Source of the DNA: Desulfomonilia bacterium
Lineage (GTDB): Bacteria; Desulfobacterota; Desulfomonilia; UBA1062
NCBI GenBank assembly: GCA_050014195.1
Contig: JBEKDT010000007.1
Span: forward strand, 96,001 to 160,000
Length of the DNA: 64,000 bases
Direction of reading: 5' to 3'
A model generated the notes under the pieces. That model did no database searches. It was given only the letters and a program-made list of their open reading frames with translations, and had not been told where the DNA came from. A program made the position numbers and the translations under genes. Below are positions 9,824 through 20,021 of the stretch, in pieces (position 1 is the stretch's first letter; each line of letters begins with the position of its first letter).

Positions 9824-10551
9824 GGAGCTTTGTAATTATTTCGATTCTCACCGTATCCATTACTGCTGCATCATACAGCTTCGACACGGTATACGACCCG
9901 TGGAACTGGGCGGAAAACTTCTATGAAGCCTATCAGGCGGTTCAGCAAAACGAGAAGTTGCTCCAGCAGTTAAAAAACCAGGTCACCATGATCAATAATG
10001 AATATCAGAATCTTAGGGCTCTCCAGGCGAACATTGGGAATACTCCTATGCAGACTGCCCAGGAAATCGATGCCACGTTAGGCAAGATACAAGGCGTCGG
10101 GTATTCCATCCAAACTCTCGATAGGAGCTATCAGGACCTCTACCAGCAGTTCGGAAAAGAGATACAGGGGTCTTCCCCCAGCGACATACAGGCCAAGAGA
10201 CTGTCTCAGATTGTAGCAACGGCAAATGCAAACATCAATGCCATGAGGGTCCAGGCCCAGGCTGTGGAGGGGATCAACGATGACCTCATTGCTACTGATC
10301 GAGTCCTGATGGGTTCAAGGCATGCCTCTGGCAATCTCGATGCACAACAATACGGCAATGAGCTCGCTGCCATGCAGATCAAACAGCAGATCAAAACCCA
10401 GCAGCTCCTGGCTGTACAGAACCGGCTTGATTCTACAAGACTGGCTGAGCAGCAGGCAAAGGATTACGCCATGGAGCAGGACTACAAATACCGTATGAGG
10501 AATTGGGGTACAAAGAAATCTACCGCGGTCCCCCCAAGAGACTTTCCTTGA
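9802..10551 (+). CDS. trbJ: P-type conjugative transfer protein TrbJ (VirB5-like)
   Basis: Signal peptide, VYDPWNW motif, Gln-rich coiled coil, position after trbE. Confidence 0.85.
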   Translation: MRKRRFIRSFVIISILTVSITAASYSFDTVYDPWNWAENFYEAYQAVQQNEKLLQQLKNQVTMINNEYQNLRALQANIGNTPMQTAQEIDATLGKIQGVGYSIQTLDRSYQDLYQQFGKEIQGSSPSDIQAKRLSQIVATANANINAMRVQAQAVEGINDDLIATDRVLMGSRHASGNLDAQQYGNELAAMQIKQQIKTQQLLAVQNRLDSTRLAEQQAKDYAMEQDYKYRMRNWGTKKSTAVPPRDFP

Positions 10552-10580
10552 ATACAGTAGATAATGCAAGGAGGTACACG

Positions 10581-10721
10581 ATGATCAGGAAAGCAATCGC
10601 GTGTGGAGTCATCTTATTGTTGCTTGCGGGGTGTGGCTGTTCTGACAGTTCCAAAAAAGATCCTATGAGAAATTGGGGGACAAAAAAATCGACAGCTGTT
10701 CCTCCTAAGGATTTTCCTTGA
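10581..10721 (+). CDS. trbK: Small lipoprotein TrbK (entry exclusion)
   Basis: ATG 10581 with AGGAGG RBS; 46 aa; lipobox LAGC; lies between trbJ and trbL; C-terminus nearly identical to that of TrbJ. Confidence 0.8.
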   Translation: MIRKAIACGVILLLLAGCGCSDSSKKDPMRNWGTKKSTAVPPKDFP

Positions 10722-10767
10722 GATACGAAAAATACAAACGGAATGACAGAAGGGATAATCGATAATC

Positions 10768-11673
10768 ATGGATACAGGCATATTGACAACAGTACTGAAC
10801 CAGATAGCCGGACGACTGTCGCTTGGCTATGCAAGGCTTCTTCCGGATGCGCTTATCCTGATGCGTTACCTGGTTGCTTTTGAGATGGTAGTTCTAGGTG
10901 TTTTTTGGGCATTGGGAAAAAGTGATATCACAATCACAGCAATCAAGAAAATCACGGCTGTGGGTTTATTTCTCTGGATTATAACAGGGATGAAATCCTT
11001 ATCTCATGCCCTTATCAGCTCCTTTGCTCAGGCCGGGCTTGTGGCCGGGGGAAGTGTTTTAACAGTAGCTAATCTATTTGATCCATCAGCCATAATAGAC
11101 ATGGGGTTCAAAACCACAAAACCCATCTTTGACAATATTGGCGGGTTCACCAATATCGCCCTTCACCCTGTGAATTCTGCTTTACAATTCATCACAGGAC
11201 TGATGGGCCTTTTTGCTTATTTCCTTATCGCCTGGAATCTGTTTGTTGTAATCATTGAGTTCTATCTCTTCACGGTCTGTGCCGTAATTCTAATCCCGTT
11301 TGCTGTGTTCAAGCCGACTTCATGGCTGGCAGAAAAGGCTATCGGGGGGACATTCACTATTGGGGTAAAACTGATGGTTCTGGCCCTCATCGTCAGTATT
11401 GCTTACGACATCATAGGGAGTTTGGATCTAACACCTGTCGCAGATGATAATTATGCTCTTTACTGCGGGATTTCTATAGTTTGCGTCATTTCATATCTTT
11501 GTTGGAGTGCCCCTAACTTTGCAGCCGGGATGATATCAGGAGGCCCGAATTTGTCAGGATCGCACATGCTTGCAGGGGCCGCCGCCGTAGGGTTCGCAGG
11601 AGCATCCGCTATTAAGGGAAGTGTCAAAACCGTTAAAGAAGCCGCGGGAAAAGATAAGAAGAAAAGTTCATGA
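10768..11673 (+). CDS. trbL: TrbL (VirB6)
   Basis: Polytopic membrane protein, IIEFY..LIPF..LAEKAIG and SGGPNL motifs. Confidence 0.9.
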   Translation: MDTGILTTVLNQIAGRLSLGYARLLPDALILMRYLVAFEMVVLGVFWALGKSDITITAIKKITAVGLFLWIITGMKSLSHALISSFAQAGLVAGGSVLTVANLFDPSAIIDMGFKTTKPIFDNIGGFTNIALHPVNSALQFITGLMGLFAYFLIAWNLFVVIIEFYLFTVCAVILIPFAVFKPTSWLAEKAIGGTFTIGVKLMVLALIVSIAYDIIGSLDLTPVADDNYALYCGISIVCVISYLCWSAPNFAAGMISGGPNLSGSHMLAGAAAVGFAGASAIKGSVKTVKEAAGKDKKKSS

Positions 11674-11722
11674 GTGCAAGCGAACTGCAACTAATAGAAG
11701 GGGCAGGGGGGGTATAAACAAC

Positions 11723-12412
11723 ATGGATAAGTTGGCAATCGTTAAGAAGCTGAAGTTTGCACCGGAAGGTGAACCTGAAACCCCTTACCAGAGGGCGAGA
11801 CAGGAGTTCGATGATTTCATCGGTGCGGCCAGAGTCCAGGCGGCTAACTGGAGACTTATCGCCTTCGGGGAGCTCGCTGTCATAATCGTTTTATTGGTTG
11901 GCTTCATATTTTTAGCCTTAAATTCCTCTGTAGTGCCCTATATCGTCGAGGTCAATGAACATGGGTCCGTCAACCTAGTCGGCAAGGCCGACAAGCTATA
12001 CAGGCCAAATGAAGCGGCAACAGAGTATTTCCTGAGTCAGTTCGTGACACAGATACGGTCCATCCCGACGGATGCGATTATTATGAGGCACAACTATCTA
12101 TCCTCATATAATTTTCTGACCCCCAAAGGATCGAACACTCTCAATGCATACGCAAAGGAATGGGACCCGTTCAAACAGCTTGGAAAGAGGGCTGTGTCAG
12201 TGGAAGTGTCAAGTGCTGTCAAGATGAGCGAGAACAGTTACCAGGTGAACTGGTATGAGCAGGACTTCGAGAGCAACGGCACACCTTCGACCAGGCAGGC
12301 TTATACGGGCATATTCAACCTGGTCTTTCATACGCCGAAGGACGAGAAGCTCCTTCGTACCAATCCGCTCGGTATCTTCGTAGATTTCTTCAACATATCA
12401 AAGGTGAATTAG
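11723..12412 (+). CDS. trbF: TrbF (VirB8-like)
   Basis: PETPYQRARQEFD..G.ARVQAANWRL, VVPYIVEV, NPLGIFV. Confidence 0.92.
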   Translation: MDKLAIVKKLKFAPEGEPETPYQRARQEFDDFIGAARVQAANWRLIAFGELAVIIVLLVGFIFLALNSSVVPYIVEVNEHGSVNLVGKADKLYRPNEAATEYFLSQFVTQIRSIPTDAIIMRHNYLSSYNFLTPKGSNTLNAYAKEWDPFKQLGKRAVSVEVSSAVKMSENSYQVNWYEQDFESNGTPSTRQAYTGIFNLVFHTPKDEKLLRTNPLGIFVDFFNISKVN

Positions 12413-12429
12413 GGGAGGGGAGTAAAGTC

Positions 12430-13419
12430 ATGAAGAAGTGTATCATCACCGTACTCATAAGCTTTTTAGTATTATCTGGATGTGCCCAGAATCAGAAGAT
12501 CGTTGCTGCCCAGCAAGTGAAAGCTCCCTCACAGAAAGGTCCGGCTTTTGATATCCCGGTACCCGACCCTGTGCCTCAGGCCAAATACAAGAAAGTGGCA
12601 AGCCCTCAGCTGAAGAAAAAGGAGACGATAGCCTCCAGGAAGAAGAATCAGGATCCTGCCAAAGTGATAGAGGAGGCGAACAGGGAGGCGGCACAGAAGC
12701 CCACGGAGGACCGTTATATCAATGCCGTGACCATTTATGATTACATGGAAGGGGCCTTGTATGAGATCTATAGCGCTCCGTTCCACGTGACAGACATCAT
12801 GCTCCAGCCAGGAGAAACGCTTACCAGCCCTCCCGCTGCAGGTGATACCGCCAGGTGGTCTCTGGATGTGACGACAAGCGGAACCGGGAAAGATCAGAGG
12901 GTGCACATTTTTCTGAAGCCCCACCTGCCAAGCCTCCGCACAAATATCGCCGTATCGACTGACAAGCACATCTATCACCTGGAGTGTCAGAGCTTCAATG
13001 AGACGTACCAGGCGGGCGTGTCATGGTACTACCCCAAGGACGAGCTTGCGAACCTTACGAACAGGATCAAGGCAACAAACGATACCAAGATGGATATCAT
13101 TGCAAACCTCAAAGTCTCGGATCTCAACTTCAACTACACCATCAAGGGCAGTGCATCATGGAAACCCTTAAGGGCCTTCGATGACGGCAAGAAGGTATTC
13201 ATACAGTTCCCGTCCGACATCGAACAGGGGGAACTCCCGCCGCTGTTCATCGTGACCAGGGAGAGTGATTCCCAGCTGGTGAACTACCGTTACCAGAAGC
13301 ATTACTACATCGTGGACCGGCTCTTCGACAAAGCCTTGCTGCAGCTCGGCACCTCAAGTCCGGAAAAGGTATACATCAACCGCAACAAGGCTGACGAATA
13401 CAGCCTGGGCGGCTTTTGA
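12430..13419 (+). CDS. trbG: TrbG (VirB9)
   Basis: Lipobox LSGC, VTDIMLQPGE, AGDTARW, PLRAFDDG, LVNYR. Confidence 0.92.
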   Translation: MKKCIITVLISFLVLSGCAQNQKIVAAQQVKAPSQKGPAFDIPVPDPVPQAKYKKVASPQLKKKETIASRKKNQDPAKVIEEANREAAQKPTEDRYINAVTIYDYMEGALYEIYSAPFHVTDIMLQPGETLTSPPAAGDTARWSLDVTTSGTGKDQRVHIFLKPHLPSLRTNIAVSTDKHIYHLECQSFNETYQAGVSWYYPKDELANLTNRIKATNDTKMDIIANLKVSDLNFNYTIKGSASWKPLRAFDDGKKVFIQFPSDIEQGELPPLFIVTRESDSQLVNYRYQKHYYIVDRLFDKALLQLGTSSPEKVYINRNKADEYSLGGF

Positions 13420-13453
13420 TCAGGAGACCTTTGTGAATTGATATCAACATGGC

Positions 13454-14761
13454 GTGGAGGATGAGAACATGCTGGAGAAAATAAAACTGAAACCGGAAGG
13501 CATACGTAAGATAAATAAAAAGATGGTGGTAGGTCTCCTCTGTGGCTTGTTTTTCATCGCTATGGTCCTGTTCGGAATCGGCCTTGGACCAAAAAAGGTT
13601 ACAGCCCAGGCAATGCAGGCTACCACGAATCCGGAAGTAGCAATTGCGAGCCAGGATAAAGTGAACCTGGAATCTTTTGATAAACTGCCCAAAACCTATG
13701 GTGAGCAGCTGAGAGGGAGTAGGGTGGGTGACCAGACTCAGAACAACCAGCCGTCCTCTTACATGGACCCGAATATGCCCGGCATGAACAATGGGCAACC
13801 AGGTGCGCAGCAGCCCTATCAGTATGGTTATAATGCCGGTGATTCGCGATATGGCAGGACTCAGCCATATGACCCGTACAATCAGTCTACCCAAGGGGGA
13901 GGAGGAACGCAAGACTCGAAGAAACAGGCGCTTGACGAGGCACGCAAGTCGAAGATCTTTTTTTCTGAGACGAACTCTCCTGCAAAGATGCCTCAGGCCA
14001 CCCCTGCAACCGCTATGTCTCAAATGCCGAACATGCCCCAAATGCCTCCGGGTATGATGCTGGCACAGGCCCCTTCCGGCCAGGAACCTTACACAGACCA
14101 AGCCCGGAAGAGAGCCTTTCTCGATGAGTCCAAGAAATCGGATGAGGCCATATACCTGGAGCACCAGATCCAGGAGCCTGCATCACCCTATCAGGTCATG
14201 GCCGGCACCGTGCTGCCGGCTGTCTTGATCACCGGCATAAACTCCGATCTACCCGGGCAGATCATCGCCCAGCTTCGGGAGAACGTCTATGACTCGGTAT
14301 CGGGGCGATATCTTCTGGTCCCACAGGGAACCAAGCTGATCGGGACCTACGATAATCAGATCTCCTGGGGGCAGGACAGGGTCATGCAGGTTTGGACCAG
14401 GATGATATTCCCGGACGGGTCATCCATCCTCTTGAACGGCATGCAGGGGACCGACCTTTCCGGGTATGCCGGAGCAAATGACAAAGTGAATTATCACTAT
14501 GGAAGGATTGGAGGAGCTGTCCTTCTGAGTACGTTCTTAAGCGTCGGAGCCCGGCAGGCTGGTGGCAATAACTCTGAAGGCAACTATCCCACTACGAGAC
14601 AGCAGATGGCAGGAGATGCGGCGAGCGGAGTCAACCAGGCCGGGCAGAAGCTCCTTGATCGTGAGCTCAATGTCGCTCCCACCATCGAAATCAGACCGGG
14701 ATACAAATTCAATGTGATGGTGAACCGCGATATGATCCTGAGGCCGTATTCGCTTCAATGA
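13454..14761 (+). CDS. trbI: TrbI (VirB10)
   Basis: N-terminal TM, Pro/Gln-rich linker, AGTVLPAVLITGINSDLPG, PTIEIRPG. Confidence 0.93.
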   Translation: MEDENMLEKIKLKPEGIRKINKKMVVGLLCGLFFIAMVLFGIGLGPKKVTAQAMQATTNPEVAIASQDKVNLESFDKLPKTYGEQLRGSRVGDQTQNNQPSSYMDPNMPGMNNGQPGAQQPYQYGYNAGDSRYGRTQPYDPYNQSTQGGGGTQDSKKQALDEARKSKIFFSETNSPAKMPQATPATAMSQMPNMPQMPPGMMLAQAPSGQEPYTDQARKRAFLDESKKSDEAIYLEHQIQEPASPYQVMAGTVLPAVLITGINSDLPGQIIAQLRENVYDSVSGRYLLVPQGTKLIGTYDNQISWGQDRVMQVWTRMIFPDGSSILLNGMQGTDLSGYAGANDKVNYHYGRIGGAVLLSTFLSVGARQAGGNNSEGNYPTTRQQMAGDAASGVNQAGQKLLDRELNVAPTIEIRPGYKFNVMVNRDMILRPYSLQ

Positions 14762-15294
14762 GTGCCTGGATGTGGAGAAAAAAGCCAGAGCTGAAGGGCC
14801 TGATTCATGCACTCATAATAGTAATCGGATTTATGATTGCGTGTAAGGCCCTGAGCTACAAGATCATGTTCCAGATAACGCCGAGCCTCCCTAAGGGGAT
14901 CTATTGGATCAACCAGCCTGACAGGATTGATGCCGGGATGCTCTGCGTCTTCGATGTACCTCATAATGTTTATGGCCTGATAAAATCCAGAGGATGGTTA
15001 CCGGAACACTTAAGGTTCTATCTTATGAAGCCGGTGGTCGCAAAACAGGGGGATGTCGTAGAGGTCTCAGCGGCAGGGCTCTCCATAAACGGAAAGTACT
15101 TTGGACCGGTGAAGCAGTATGATTCGCAGGGGCTCCCGCTACCCAGGTTGTACCAGAAATACGTTCTGGGGCAGGGGGAGTTTTTCTTTGCCAGCACATA
15201 CGGCAACAGCTTCGACAGCAGGTATTTCGGGAAAATCAGAAAAGAGGATATCAGATGGGTGGCAAGGCCCCTGGTTGTTTTCGGAACGATATAA
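14758..15294 (+). CDS. traF: Conjugative S26 peptidase TraF (pilin maturation)
   Basis: TPSLPKGIY, LMKPVVA and SFDSRYFG motifs. Confidence 0.88.
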   Translation: MSAWMWRKKPELKGLIHALIIVIGFMIACKALSYKIMFQITPSLPKGIYWINQPDRIDAGMLCVFDVPHNVYGLIKSRGWLPEHLRFYLMKPVVAKQGDVVEVSAAGLSINGKYFGPVKQYDSQGLPLPRLYQKYVLGQGEFFFASTYGNSFDSRYFGKIRKEDIRWVARPLVVFGTI

Positions 15295-15321
15295 GCCTTT
15301 CACGGAGAGAAATAGAACACA

Positions 15322-17094
15322 ATGGAAAGACATCAGGTACAAAGCCAGAGTTATGAAGGGTTCGAGACATGGTGGAACCAGCTCCGCATGTCCGTCCAGA
15401 TGCATACCAAGATAATAGCCATTCTCTTTTGCTTTCATGTGCTGATATTCTTCCTCGCCTGTTATTACAAATTTGATAAGTCCTCTATCCATACCGCCTC
15501 GCAATGGCTCATGGCGTATGTCATGTGGCCCACGGCGAAAATGAAATTCACCAACCCCAACGGCACGGTTGCATATGCCGCGGCCCAACAGATCGCGGCA
15601 TGTGCTCCTTTACGAGACTATTCTATTGGAGTGCTCTACAAAATGCGGAACATCTTCTTCTGGAGTGCCGCAGTATATATTTTTTACATCCCGATCTGGA
15701 TGTACTTCCATGACAAGGCAAAGGATCAGTCCGACCGGAAACATGTTCGGGGGGCGAGACTCAGCACGGTAAAAGAATTTGACTCTCTGGTGAAGAAGAG
15801 GGGAGAGGAGCCCGGCCTTCATATCGGCAGCGTCCGTATGCCCAAGTCTTTAGAGCCACGGCACACGTTCATCATCGGGGGCCCGGGGGCAGGGAAAACA
15901 AATTGTGAAGCTCAGATCATAGAAGACTTGAAGGAACGGAATGCACAAGCAATCGTATATGATTTCAAAGGGGATTACTTAAGACGTTTCTATGACCCGG
16001 ATAAGGACATCATCTTCAATCCACTTGATGCAAGGTCCGTGGGCTGGAATCTCTTCAACGAGATCGAGACCTCCATGGATATAGATGCCATGGCCGCGTC
16101 CCTTATCCCCCATTCGATCTCGCAGCATGACACGTTCTTCCCTGATGCTGCCCGGGACGTATTCGCGGGAATTCTGTACTACTTGTACCATCTGAACATG
16201 AGGAGCAACAGTGACATATGGGATATGGTCACATCAGACGCCAGCCAGATCCTTCAATACCTGCGCAGCATACCGGAGGGTAGGGGGGCTGCCAAACATA
16301 TTGAGCTGCCCGGTTCTACACAGTCGCAAGGTGTTTTCGGCACCTTGATGGAATACGCGAAGGCCCTCAAATATATGGCGCAAACCGATGGCCCGTTCAG
16401 GATCAAGGACTGGCTGCATAGCGGGGAAGGGATGATCTTTGTCACGAATTATTCCATCATCCAGGAGGCCTTGAGGCCCATCCTCTCCCTGTTTGTGGAT
16501 CTGCTTGGGAGGCAGGTGCTGTCTCTGTCAGAATCAACGGACAGAAGGATCTTTTTCCTGCTCGATGAGTTCGGGACTCTGCAGAGGCTCCCAACGATCG
16601 TAAAGCTTCTGACCATGGCCAGGAGCAAGGGAGGATGTGTCTTTATCGGCATCCAGGACTATGGCCAGATCGACCAGACATATTCGAGCAATCACCGGCA
16701 GAGCATTATCAATGCCTGCGGGAACAAGATCATCTTCAACGTGGATGATCCGACCTCGGCTAAGATCAGCTCCGAGATCCTCAGCGAGACGGAATATGTG
16801 GAGATGAACAAGACCCGGTCCATGGGAGTGAACGACAACAGGGACGGGACCACCCTTGCGGAACGCACCAGGAAAGAAAGTCTCTTCCTCCCGGCAGAGA
16901 TCATGAAGCTGCCTGATCTTACGGCCATTGTCAGATTCAAGACCTATGATCCCCTGATAACCAAGTTCGAGTACAGGGATTATCCGGATAAGACAGAGGG
17001 ATTTGTTCTGCGAAAAGATCTTCTTCTGAAATCCAAGCTGACTGAGCCTTCACCTGATATCGCAGATGAGGACGTATCACCGGTTGTGTCATAA
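15322..17094 (+). CDS. traD: Type IV coupling protein, TraD/TrwB type
   Basis: Two N-terminal TMs, RGARL, GGPGAGKT, YDFKGDY, FNPLDARS, LDEFGTLQRL, RSKGG..GIQ. Confidence 0.85.
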   Translation: MERHQVQSQSYEGFETWWNQLRMSVQMHTKIIAILFCFHVLIFFLACYYKFDKSSIHTASQWLMAYVMWPTAKMKFTNPNGTVAYAAAQQIAACAPLRDYSIGVLYKMRNIFFWSAAVYIFYIPIWMYFHDKAKDQSDRKHVRGARLSTVKEFDSLVKKRGEEPGLHIGSVRMPKSLEPRHTFIIGGPGAGKTNCEAQIIEDLKERNAQAIVYDFKGDYLRRFYDPDKDIIFNPLDARSVGWNLFNEIETSMDIDAMAASLIPHSISQHDTFFPDAARDVFAGILYYLYHLNMRSNSDIWDMVTSDASQILQYLRSIPEGRGAAKHIELPGSTQSQGVFGTLMEYAKALKYMAQTDGPFRIKDWLHSGEGMIFVTNYSIIQEALRPILSLFVDLLGRQVLSLSESTDRRIFFLLDEFGTLQRLPTIVKLLTMARSKGGCVFIGIQDYGQIDQTYSSNHRQSIINACGNKIIFNVDDPTSAKISSEILSETEYVEMNKTRSMGVNDNRDGTTLAERTRKESLFLPAEIMKLPDLTAIVRFKTYDPLITKFEYRDYPDKTEGFVLRKDLLLKSKLTEPSPDIADEDVSPVVS

Positions 17095-17108
17095 AAGGAG
17101 CTGGTTAC

Positions 17109-18065
17109 ATGGACTACAGGAAACGTGAACAGGAAATGAACAGCAGGGTTTATGACATGCTGACGAGCTCCTTCGGCCTAACCATTCAGGAATTGATGCG
17201 TGACAAGGATGTGATCGAGATCATGCTCAACCCTGACGGGTGTCTGTGGGTTGATAGGTTGAGCACAGGACGATCCTATACAGGGCAGGATATGAGCGTT
17301 GCCGATGCAGAAAGAATTATCCGGATTGTCAGCTCAAAGACAAATACCATTTGCAACGCTGAAAACCCGATTCTCTCCGCCGAGCTCCCGGGATCCGGAG
17401 AGCGGTTCCAGGGGATGCTCCCGCCAGTTGTGGAAAGACCCACAATCACAATTCGGAAAAAGGCCCTCATGGTCTATACACTGGAAGATTATGTTAACCA
17501 GGGGATCATGACCATCAAAGCAGCTGACTTCTTGAGAGATGCTGTCCGGGAGAAATTGAACATCCTGGTTGTCGGAGGGACTGGCTCCGGAAAAACGACC
17601 CTTTCCAATGCGATCCTGGCTGAGATTGCTCTATATGAAGATCGGATTGTGCTCATCGAGGACACGCTCGAACTTCAATGCGAGGTTAAGGATTGCGTCT
17701 CGTTAAGGACCTGTGATGCTGCGGATATCACATCCTTGCTCAAGGCAACCATGCGTTTGCGGCCTGACAGGATCATTGTTGGAGAGGTGCGGGGAGGGGA
17801 GGCCCTGGGCCTCCTGAAGGCATGGAATACCGGCCATCCTGGCGGGTTATGCACTATTCACGCGAATGGTCCGAGGGAAGGGCTCATCCGGATTGAGCAA
17901 CTCGTCCAGGAGGTTGTGCCAGGAGTGCCGCGAAGCCTTATTGCCGCCACGGTCAATGTCCTTGTGTACATCAAGAGGGAAGGGCGGAGTAGGAAGGTTG
18001 AGAGCATTGCCATGGTTGAGGGTTGCAGGGATGATGATTATGTGTTGAGATTTCTGGAGGGGTAA
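17109..18065 (+). CDS. trbB: TrbB (VirB11) ATPase
   Basis: EIMLNPDG, GGTGSGKTT, IEDTLEL, MRLRPDRIIVGEVRG, WNTGHPGG. Confidence 0.95.
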   Translation: MDYRKREQEMNSRVYDMLTSSFGLTIQELMRDKDVIEIMLNPDGCLWVDRLSTGRSYTGQDMSVADAERIIRIVSSKTNTICNAENPILSAELPGSGERFQGMLPPVVERPTITIRKKALMVYTLEDYVNQGIMTIKAADFLRDAVREKLNILVVGGTGSGKTTLSNAILAEIALYEDRIVLIEDTLELQCEVKDCVSLRTCDAADITSLLKATMRLRPDRIIVGEVRGGEALGLLKAWNTGHPGGLCTIHANGPREGLIRIEQLVQEVVPGVPRSLIAATVNVLVYIKREGRSRKVESIAMVEGCRDDDYVLRFLEG

Positions 18066-18446
18066 GTGGAAAGGCGAGAAGGTGTCGTATCTGCTGCTCA
18101 GAGAAAGCTATTCAAGGTTGGCGACTGCTTTGTAAAGGTGCTCTCAGGAGAACCTCCTGTTGTGAATGATGGGGACCATGTGGCTGTGGCAGGGTATCTA
18201 CGGCATGGGTTTATAACCCCATATGCGTGTCACAATATTACGAAGCAGATCATTTGGCACCAATCCTATAGTCTTCATTTTATGGCCGGCATCCTTGTGC
18301 TGCTATGCGGGGTTTTTGTGTTATCGGGTTCCTCGATTTGGCTGATAGTGCTCGGGTGCATAGTGAGTCTGATTGGCATGGTGATGATCGCCAAAGGGAT
18401 TGTTATTCTCCGGGCAATAAGGTATGTATCGACTCCTCAAACATGA
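18066..18446 (+). CDS. Hypothetical membrane protein
   Basis: Starts immediately after the trbB stop; two C-terminal TM helices. Confidence 0.55.
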   Translation: MERREGVVSAAQRKLFKVGDCFVKVLSGEPPVVNDGDHVAVAGYLRHGFITPYACHNITKQIIWHQSYSLHFMAGILVLLCGVFVLSGSSIWLIVLGCIVSLIGMVMIAKGIVILRAIRYVSTPQT

Positions 18447-18666
18447 CAAAGAGGTTGCCGTGATCGCACTAAAATCTTCTACAAGTGATGGATCTTCATT
18501 TCGCGTTTATGATGATGAAAAACTCTTGGGCTATATCCGAAAGCAGAGGGGTTTGACCGGAGATAAATATCTGGCATCAATTGACAGAAATGGAGAAGAG
18601 GAGAGCAACAAGAAAGATTTTGATAGTCCTGACGATGCCCTACAGTGGATTGAGAAACAAATATAA
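18424..18666 (+). CDS. Small hypothetical protein
   Basis: 80-aa ORF; alternative GTG start near 18460 with GAGG RBS; ends with a F.S..DALQWI motif. Confidence 0.5.
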   Translation: MYRLLKHDKEVAVIALKSSTSDGSSFRVYDDEKLLGYIRKQRGLTGDKYLASIDRNGEEESNKKDFDSPDDALQWIEKQI

Positions 18667-19173
18667 GCCCTCATACTTATACTATTTCGATATTTTGTAG
18701 ATCATAAGTAAGGCACCTCTGATTATAAAGAATTCTCGCTGATATATCCAATCTGATAACAATGAAGAGTGCTTATAGAAATCTATGGATTGGTTATCCA
18801 TTGATCGGGATTAGATCTCCATCAGCAATCTGCATTCCTTCTCAACCATCAATACCTCAAGATCTGTATTGTTATGATGGTGTCATTTTTCGAAAGATCA
18901 TGGAATTATCTAAACACAAGAACAAGACGGTCAATTCTGTCAATCACTATAGGAGATTATTACTCTTATATATAGAAGCAGTCATCTTATCAGTAAATTG
19001 ATAGATGCTTGTTTATAACAATTACATACTCATCAAATTCTTCGCTATTCAAAGATAAGAAGTGTTTGGTGGAATGTTTATGATCTTTTATAAATTCATT
19101 CAAACTATTCAAACATTCCCCTTTTATAATCTTTAGAAATAATATAGTAATAATATAGAGAGCTTAATATATA

Positions 19174-19986
19174 ATGAGTGATGTGAAGACATTTTTACGT
19201 TGGGCAGGAAGTAAGAAGAGGCTCCTATCAAAAATACGCCCCTACTGGGGTGATGGTTTCACTCGGTATATTGAACCATTCATGGGTTCAGCGTCACTAT
19301 TCTTTGCGATAGAGCCATCTAAAGCAGTTCTGTCTGACATAAACACAGCCCTTGTCGAAACGTTTTGTGCGGTGCGGGATCACCCTCGTGCTATATATAA
19401 CCGATTAATGCGCCTGCCGTTGGGAGAAGAAGCTTATTATCGAATTCGTAAAGTAGAACCTTCGAGACTGCTTCCCATTGACCGAGCCGCACGTTTCATC
19501 TACCTGAACCGGTTTTGCTTTAACGGCCTTTACCGCACTAATTTGAAAGGGGATTTCAATGTTCCGTATGCCGCCTCAAAGACTGGCCAGTTACCTACAC
19601 AAGACGACCTATACAAATCAGCAAAAGCCCTATCTTGCGCTTATATAAGTGCAAGAGATTTTGAGGAAACAATTCATGATGTTCAGCCAGGCGATTTCAT
19701 CTACTTAGATCCTCCATTTGCTGTCAAGAATCGAAGAATCTTTCGCCAGTACGGACCGGATTCTTTTGGAACGGAAGATCTTGCCCGACTCTCTTCAGCA
19801 CTTAGTGATATTGATCGTTGCGGTGCGACATTCCTCGTGAGCTACGCTATCTGTCGAGAGGCCATGGAAGCATTTAAGGGATGGCATATTCGACGAGCAC
19901 AAACACAACGTAGTGTCGCAGGCTTCTCAAGACATCGAAGAAAAGCCATTGAACTACTCGTCTCAAACCGCGAATTACCGGAATAA
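19174..19986 (+). CDS. Dam-like (D12 class) N6-adenine DNA methyltransferase
   Basis: LRWAGSK, EPFMGSAS, SDIN, YLNRFCFNGLYR.N..G.FNVPY, IYLDPPF. Confidence 0.92.
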   Translation: MSDVKTFLRWAGSKKRLLSKIRPYWGDGFTRYIEPFMGSASLFFAIEPSKAVLSDINTALVETFCAVRDHPRAIYNRLMRLPLGEEAYYRIRKVEPSRLLPIDRAARFIYLNRFCFNGLYRTNLKGDFNVPYAASKTGQLPTQDDLYKSAKALSCAYISARDFEETIHDVQPGDFIYLDPPFAVKNRRIFRQYGPDSFGTEDLARLSSALSDIDRCGATFLVSYAICREAMEAFKGWHIRRAQTQRSVAGFSRHRRKAIELLVSNRELPE

Positions 19987-20021
19987 TAACAATATATTCA
20001 AATATTCAAACAGGGGCCACA

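Noticed and set aside
13376-14164. Long antisense ORFs over trb, ardC, SYLF and reductase genes
   Set aside because: They lie opposite well-supported genes and lack motifs; expected codon-bias shadows
19174-19986. Classical type II restriction-modification system
   Set aside because: None of the linked genes shows a recognisable restriction endonuclease motif
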